Positions 16,116 through 20,000 of a DNA stretch of 20,000 nt are shown in pieces. Every line of letters starts with the position of its first letter. Position 1 is the first letter of the stretch. A program made the position numbers and the translations under genes. Below the pieces are notes generated by a model, which saw only the letters and a list, made by a program, of their open reading frames with translations, did not search any database and was not told the origin of the DNA. This stretch comes from an uncultured virus (IMG/VR IMGVR_UViG_3300031722_000022) (lineage: Duplodnaviria; Heunggongvirae; Uroviricota; Caudoviricetes): IMG/VR virus record IMGVR_UViG_3300031722_000022; one strand, given 5' to 3'.

Positions 16116-16144
16116 ATTATATCCTACAATTGTTAAATTGTCAA
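16116..16144 (-). promoter_or_regulatory. perfect consensus leftward promoter reading into the non-coding region
   Basis: TTGACA-17-TATAAT exact consensus. Confidence 0.85.
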
Positions 16145-16178
16145 CACCAACACATAAATAAATTAACACAAAGAATGT

Positions 16179-16216
16179 AGAAATGTGTTGACAATATGAA
16201 GAGTGTGCTATAGAAT
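16179..16216 (+). promoter_or_regulatory. rightward early promoter
   Basis: AGAAATGTG-TTGACA-17-TAGAAT. Confidence 0.8.
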
Positions 16217-16244
16217 TGCTACATACATCAACAAGGAGACTATT

Positions 16245-16415
16245 ATGACCCGTGACGAAAAGAACTCTATGGCATATAATGATTGTTCCAACTATGAAGG
16301 CCCGAGTATGCCTTATGATGAAGAATATATGCAGCGTTATAACTTTTGGAGGCCAATTGCTAAGTTTCCACTGGACAGTGACGAATATTGGGGTTATGAT
16401 GACTTGGTGTATTGA
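16245..16415 (+). CDS. small acidic protein (56 aa), first gene of the right arm
   Basis: AAGGAGA-N5-ATG. Confidence 0.75.
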   Translation: MTRDEKNSMAYNDCSNYEGPSMPYDEEYMQRYNFWRPIAKFPLDSDEYWGYDDLVY

Positions 16416-16440
16416 CAACCCACAATTCCTGCTGTAGCAT
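16412..16440 (+). promoter_or_regulatory. sigma70-type promoter
   Basis: TTGACA-17-TAGCAT; the -35 contains the upstream TGA stop. Confidence 0.6.
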
Positions 16441-16471
16441 GAACACATTGAATAACGAATAGGAGGATGAT

Positions 16472-16633
16472 ATGGAAACTATTGAATATGAAGACTTGTC
16501 TGCTGATGACAAAGTTGAGTTGAAAGTTGTCGGAAAGTTTGATGTTGCTCAAGGGGTGACACTTAATCAGTATGTCTACTTTGAAACAGGGCTTACTGAT
16601 GGAAGTTACACTCTTGTTGCTATTGCAAAGTAG
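16472..16633 (+). CDS. small hypothetical protein (53 aa, METIEYEDLS...)
   Basis: Read manually; strong AGGAGG RBS. Confidence 0.75.
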   Translation: METIEYEDLSADDKVELKVVGKFDVAQGVTLNQYVYFETGLTDGSYTLVAIAK

Positions 16634-16765
16634 CCAATAAACCCACACAATAGCCCTACATTCAATTTATACACATAAGCCCATACGAACGTATAGGTAG
16701 CCATAAAATAAACGCTTATACGTTGTTTGTATGAATATAATTAATTGCTAATTAAGGAGATAATC

Positions 16766-16963
16766 ATGGTGCAAATTGTTAGCAGTATCCCAGATCGTTC
16801 AGTAGTCAAACAAGTTGTATGTCGTCATTGTGGAAGCACTCTTGAGTATGTTCCCAGTAACGTGAAAGAATATCATGGTAAGGATTACTCAGGAGGTTCT
16901 GATGGATACGAGTGGGTTGATTGTCCACATTGTTCAAAGAAGGCTATCATTCGTAGCTGGTAG
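16766..16963 (+). CDS. Zn-ribbon protein (65 aa)
   Basis: TAAGGAG RBS; CRHC..CPHC. Confidence 0.8.
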   Translation: MVQIVSSIPDRSVVKQVVCRHCGSTLEYVPSNVKEYHGKDYSGGSDGYEWVDCPHCSKKAIIRSW

Positions 16964-16966
16964 TTC

Positions 16967-16995
16967 TTGACATATACAACAACATGTGCAATAAT
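16967..16995 (+). promoter_or_regulatory. sigma70-type promoter
   Basis: TTGACA-17-AATAAT with extended TG. Confidence 0.6.
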
Positions 16996-17025
16996 AGGTC
17001 ATCTCGAATTAAAAGGGTCTATCAA

Positions 17026-17175
17026 ATGAAGATTAAACAGAGCAATAGCACATTTCGATTTCTGTTGTCAATCCCATTTGGATTCTTTGCAGAGTTATTT
17101 GCAGGGATTGCACTCATAATTAGCGGGGATCAGATAAATATTAATTTTGACTTTCTGAAGGAAGACTACAAATGA
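17026..17175 (+). CDS. small membrane protein (49 aa)
   Basis: AAGGG RBS; hydrophobic FLLSIPFGFFAELFAGIALIISG; ATGA coupling to the next ORF. Confidence 0.6.
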   Translation: MKIKQSNSTFRFLLSIPFGFFAELFAGIALIISGDQININFDFLKEDYK

Positions 17176-17351
17176 CCAACACAGAAGAACTTGATGCCGT
17201 AGCACAAGAATTTGTCATGAGCAAGTACGCTTCGCAACAGGCATTACGCGAAGCAATGTTGCAAGAGATTGTCATTCTCCTTGCGGAGAATGAGCATCTT
17301 CGTAAGAAGATTGATAGAATGTGTGATATATTGTCACAAGTTGAAGATTAG
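17172..17351 (+). CDS. small helical/coiled-coil protein (59 aa, MTNTEELD...)
   Basis: Read manually; ATGA overlap, AAGGA RBS. Confidence 0.65.
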   Translation: MTNTEELDAVAQEFVMSKYASQQALREAMLQEIVILLAENEHLRKKIDRMCDILSQVED

Positions 17352-17353
17352 TA

Positions 17354-17536
17354 ATGAACATTAGCCAACAAACACTTGACAAGATTCATGAGCAAGGCTA
17401 TCATGATTTGGAAGATTACTTGCGAAGTATTGCACGTTATCAGAATATCATGTATAATGACGTAAAGTTGCTTGCTGATTTCTATGGCGAAGATGAATTG
17501 TTTACGGGATTGGTTGACGCTGTTGCATCTATGTAA
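17354..17536 (+). CDS. hypothetical protein (60 aa)
   Basis: Operon packing, phage-like GY....DYL...A..Y motif. Confidence 0.7.
   Translation: MNISQQTLDKIHEQGYHDLEDYLRSIARYQNIMYNDVKLLADFYGEDELFTGLVDAVASM
17376..17404 (+). promoter_or_regulatory. possible internal promoter upstream of the HNH gene
   Basis: TTGACA-17-TATCAT inside the 17354 ORF. Confidence 0.45.
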
Positions 17537-17556
17537 TTAATTATTAAGGAGAGTCT

Positions 17557-18236
17557 ATGCGGGGCAAATTTATAAACTTAGTTGACCAGAGGTTTGGAAG
17601 ACTCTTGGTCACATCAAGAGGAAGTAACAAAAACGGGAAAGTAATGTGGAAGTGTTTGTGTGATTGTGGGGAAGAAGTCGCTGTTGTTAGCCAAGACATC
17701 CGTGAGGGTATTACTAAATCTTGTGGCTGTCTACAAAGAGACACTATTGCAGGAAGGAATACAACACATGGGATGACTAATCATCCATTATACTTTGTAT
17801 GGCCTGACATGAAGAAGCGTATATTTAATGAAGATTGTCCATCATACAAGCACTACGGTGGAAGAGGTATTAAGATTTGTGATAGATGGTTATCTATTGA
17901 AAACTTTATTGAAGATATGTATCCGTCTTATCAAGAAGGACTGTCTATACACCGAATAGATAACAATGGTGACTACACACCAGAAAACTGCAAGTGGGGG
18001 ACTGATAGTATACAATCTCACGTTCAAAGAAAGCAGTCCAATTGCTCGTCTGAGTATATTGGTGTTTGCTTCCACAGTCGAGAGCAAAAATTTATGGCGC
18101 AGATTTGTATTAATTCAAAGAACACGATCCTGGCCACTTTTTAGACGAGCATGAAGCTGCTGTTGCATATGACAATGCGTCTGAAAAGCATTTCGGTGAT
18201 CGCCCCAATAGCACCAAAGGAGTAGAGAATGCCTAA
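17557..18236 (+). pseudogene. HNH-AP2 homing endonuclease with -1 frameshift in the AP2 domain
   Basis: Frame stops at 18144, but the -1 frame from ~18132 reads GHFLDEHEAAVAYDNASEKHFGDRPNSTK, matching the paralog tails; DRID motif is HRID. Confidence 0.8.
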
Positions 18237-18504
18237 TAAACAATTGGTAGCATCGAACGGCGGAAGTAGCGACTATTACAAACTAACTATTACTCGCGTT
18301 AGCGATGGCGAAACATTTGATTGTGAAATGGGAGACATTATCTACTCCGTATTCGGAGGAGACTTTGACCTTGGCAATATTGTTAAAGCATGTCGTCGTT
18401 CATATTTGGCTACAATTGGGCAAGGGAAACAAGGAGCGCCAATTGACTACGATATGAACAAGGTAAAATGGTTTGCCGAAGACTTTTCAGCACGTAAAGG
18501 ATAA
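18229..18504 (+). CDS. DUF3310-like protein (T7 gp1.7-related family)
   Basis: GGSSDYY, F.LGNIVKA..R, YDMNKVKWF pattern; AAGGAG RBS. Confidence 0.6.
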   Translation: MPNKQLVASNGGSSDYYKLTITRVSDGETFDCEMGDIIYSVFGGDFDLGNIVKACRRSYLATIGQGKQGAPIDYDMNKVKWFAEDFSARKG

Positions 18505-18512
18505 CACAACTC

Positions 18513-18541
18513 TTGCACATTAACACTGTGCATGTTATAAT
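18513..18541 (+). promoter_or_regulatory. sigma70-type promoter
   Basis: TTGCAC-17-TATAAT with extended TG. Confidence 0.75.
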
Positions 18542-18571
18542 GCAAACTAATGTTACACAAAGGAGACAACA

Positions 18572-18784
18572 TTGATTTTACGTAAGGTGTTTGTACTGGC
18601 GTACAATAATAATGGAAACATTGAGTTATTCTTCCCTGTTGCAGATGTTGACTGTGAGAATACAATCAAGGAATATTATGACTCTGAAGATAAGGCTGTA
18701 GCCTCTTGGGAATTGTATAAAATGGAGCATGAGTGGTGTGCTCCTGTAGGCGTGTTTGTGCTTACACAATATCGTACATTCTAA
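18572..18784 (+). CDS. hypothetical protein (70 aa)
   Basis: TTG start with AAAGGAG RBS. Confidence 0.7.
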   Translation: MILRKVFVLAYNNNGNIELFFPVADVDCENTIKEYYDSEDKAVASWELYKMEHEWCAPVGVFVLTQYRTF

Positions 18785-18796
18785 TGTGTAATTATT

Positions 18797-18837
18797 TTAG
18801 CGATAATATTGCTTTATCGCTAATTGTATGCTACAAT
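18797..18837 (+). promoter_or_regulatory. promoter with a 10-bp perfect inverted repeat around the -35
   Basis: TTGCTT-17-TACAAT (extended TG); TTAGCGATAA-N7-TTATCGCTAA. Confidence 0.7.
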
Positions 18838-18867
18838 ATTAGTCTTCGTTTAAATTAAGGAGAATAA

Positions 18868-19083
18868 ATGAACAAGATTTATTTAGCAAGTATTGCATTG
18901 ACTCTTTCAGCATGTTCCCCAACAATTACAAGTGGAGAACTACAACGAGCAACTGATCGTTGCAAAGACAAAGGTGGAGTTGAACAATTTATTGCTCCAA
19001 CATTGTTTGCTATTACTGACTTCACCCGATTATTCCAAGTAAAGTGTAACAATGGTGAACTACACAATGTAAACAAATCATGA
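18868..19083 (+). CDS. small lipoprotein (71 aa)
   Basis: MNKIYLASIALTLSAC signal peptide II with LSAC lipobox; two further Cys; TAAGGAG RBS. Confidence 0.8.
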   Translation: MNKIYLASIALTLSACSPTITSGELQRATDRCKDKGGVEQFIAPTLFAITDFTRLFQVKCNNGELHNVNKS

Positions 19084-19238
19084 GCGATATTTGTATGTGC
19101 GACAATAAACAATGCCCACAATTTCAATCTTGTTATCGTGCTCAGGCGAAGCCTGATGAATATGCACAGAGTTATGCTGAGTTTAAGTTTGATATGGGAT
19201 TTTGTGATTATTATTGGCCTATTAAGGAGGAGAAATGA
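19080..19238 (+). CDS. small Cys-rich phage protein (52 aa, MSDICMCDNKQCP...CYR...CDYYW)
   Basis: Read manually; ATGA coupling at both ends. Confidence 0.7.
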   Translation: MSDICMCDNKQCPQFQSCYRAQAKPDEYAQSYAEFKFDMGFCDYYWPIKEEK

Positions 19239-19477
19239 TGAGAGTTGATTATTTTGATGTTGGAGAACTTGTTCGTGGAATGATGAATAATGATGATGCA
19301 GATAGTGACGAAGTTGAACAATACTTGTGGGATAAATATGAAGTCTCATTCGATAGTTTTCACAAGGTTATTGAAGCGTTGCTTCCATTTACAATTCCTG
19401 CTAAATCTGCACTTACTGAGGCAATGTTTCATGGTTCCGTTAAAGATGGAATGTTTATTGTGAAGAGTGAGCAATGA
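19235..19477 (+). CDS. hypothetical protein (80 aa)
   Basis: AAGGAGG RBS, ATGA coupling. Confidence 0.75.
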   Translation: MMRVDYFDVGELVRGMMNNDDADSDEVEQYLWDKYEVSFDSFHKVIEALLPFTIPAKSALTEAMFHGSVKDGMFIVKSEQ

Positions 19478-19794
19478 TAGGACATTGTGCAAAGAAAGTT
19501 GTAACATGCGACATTATTACTCTTGAGGGGGCTACGTATAAAGGGATGAACATTTGTTATAATCCACAAGAGACATGCCCCAGAGTTGGAAATGAAGGTT
19601 ATGAGAAATGTAAGAGTGTTTGCTTGCAGCCTTACCATGCAGAGATGTGGGCTTTAAGCGTAGCATTACACGATGGAGCAAATGTTAAAGGAGCTACCGC
19701 AGTAATTAGAGGAATTGGCTATTCTTGTCGTAATTGCCAGGAAGAGTTATATCGAGCAGGAATTAAATATATAACGATTGGAGAAGAATATTGA
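19474..19794 (+). CDS. dCMP/cytidine deaminase-family protein
   Basis: HAE and SCRNC zinc motifs, L...GI.. tail; adjacent to RNR. Confidence 0.8.
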   Translation: MIGHCAKKVVTCDIITLEGATYKGMNICYNPQETCPRVGNEGYEKCKSVCLQPYHAEMWALSVALHDGANVKGATAVIRGIGYSCRNCQEELYRAGIKYITIGEEY

Positions 19795-20000
19795 CAAAGT
19801 TTACAAATAGTTTTTCAGAGGAAGTATGGGAAAGCACACATAAATATTACAAAGATAAGAGTATTGATGATTCATTGCGACGAGTGGCTAAGGCTATTGC
19901 AAGTGTCGAAGCAACAGAGGAACTAAGGCAAGAGTGGGAAGAAAAGTTTTATGATCTTCTCTCCGACTTCAAGGCTACAGAAGGTGGGCGAATTTCGAGT
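19791..20000 (+). CDS. nrdJ: ribonucleotide reductase, probably class II (B12-dependent), N-terminal fragment
   Basis: Open to the window end from TTG (GGAG RBS, TTGA overlap): SEEVW...DDSLRRVAKAIASVE...W..KFYDLL.DF...GGRI; no ATP-cone. Confidence 0.7.
   Translation, partial: MTKFTNSFSEEVWESTHKYYKDKSIDDSLRRVAKAIASVEATEELRQEWEEKFYDLLSDFKATEGGRISS

Noticed and set aside
15808..16180. Plus-strand ORFs 15808-16029 and 15968-16180
   Set aside because: TTG starts without RBS; they cross structured and promoter sequence; composition unlike neighbouring genes
19791..19796. TTGACA at the RNR start
   Set aside because: Explained by the TTG start/TGA stop overlap; no -10 downstream

Overview
This is an AT-rich fragment of a tailed dsDNA phage genome, organised as two divergently transcribed arms; no integrase or repressor is visible, so it is probably lytic. 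The leftward arm (minus strand, 1-15390) is a T7-like replication module: primase-helicase, family A DNA polymerase (Tyr762 type), an SSB-like protein with a DDIPF tail, a 5'-3' exonuclease and an HNH nuclease. It also carries a SleB-type cell wall hydrolase, an SMR/DMT-like membrane protein and many small ORFs. The rightward arm (plus strand, 16245-20000) has small early-type genes, a lipoprotein, a dCMP deaminase-like protein and the start of a probable class II ribonucleotide reductase. Five free-standing HNH(-AP2) homing endonuclease genes are interspersed, one of them frameshifted. The most unusual element is the ~650 nt region without a credible gene at the divergence point (15460-16145). 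It folds by eye into a nested multi-domain structure with plus-strand G-U/G-T bias, lies between a perfect sigma70 promoter and a terminator-like hairpin, and is bracketed by two homologous inverted promoter+RBS cassettes. It is a candidate large structured ncRNA and/or replication origin. All family assignments come from motif recognition by eye; no searches or folding were run.
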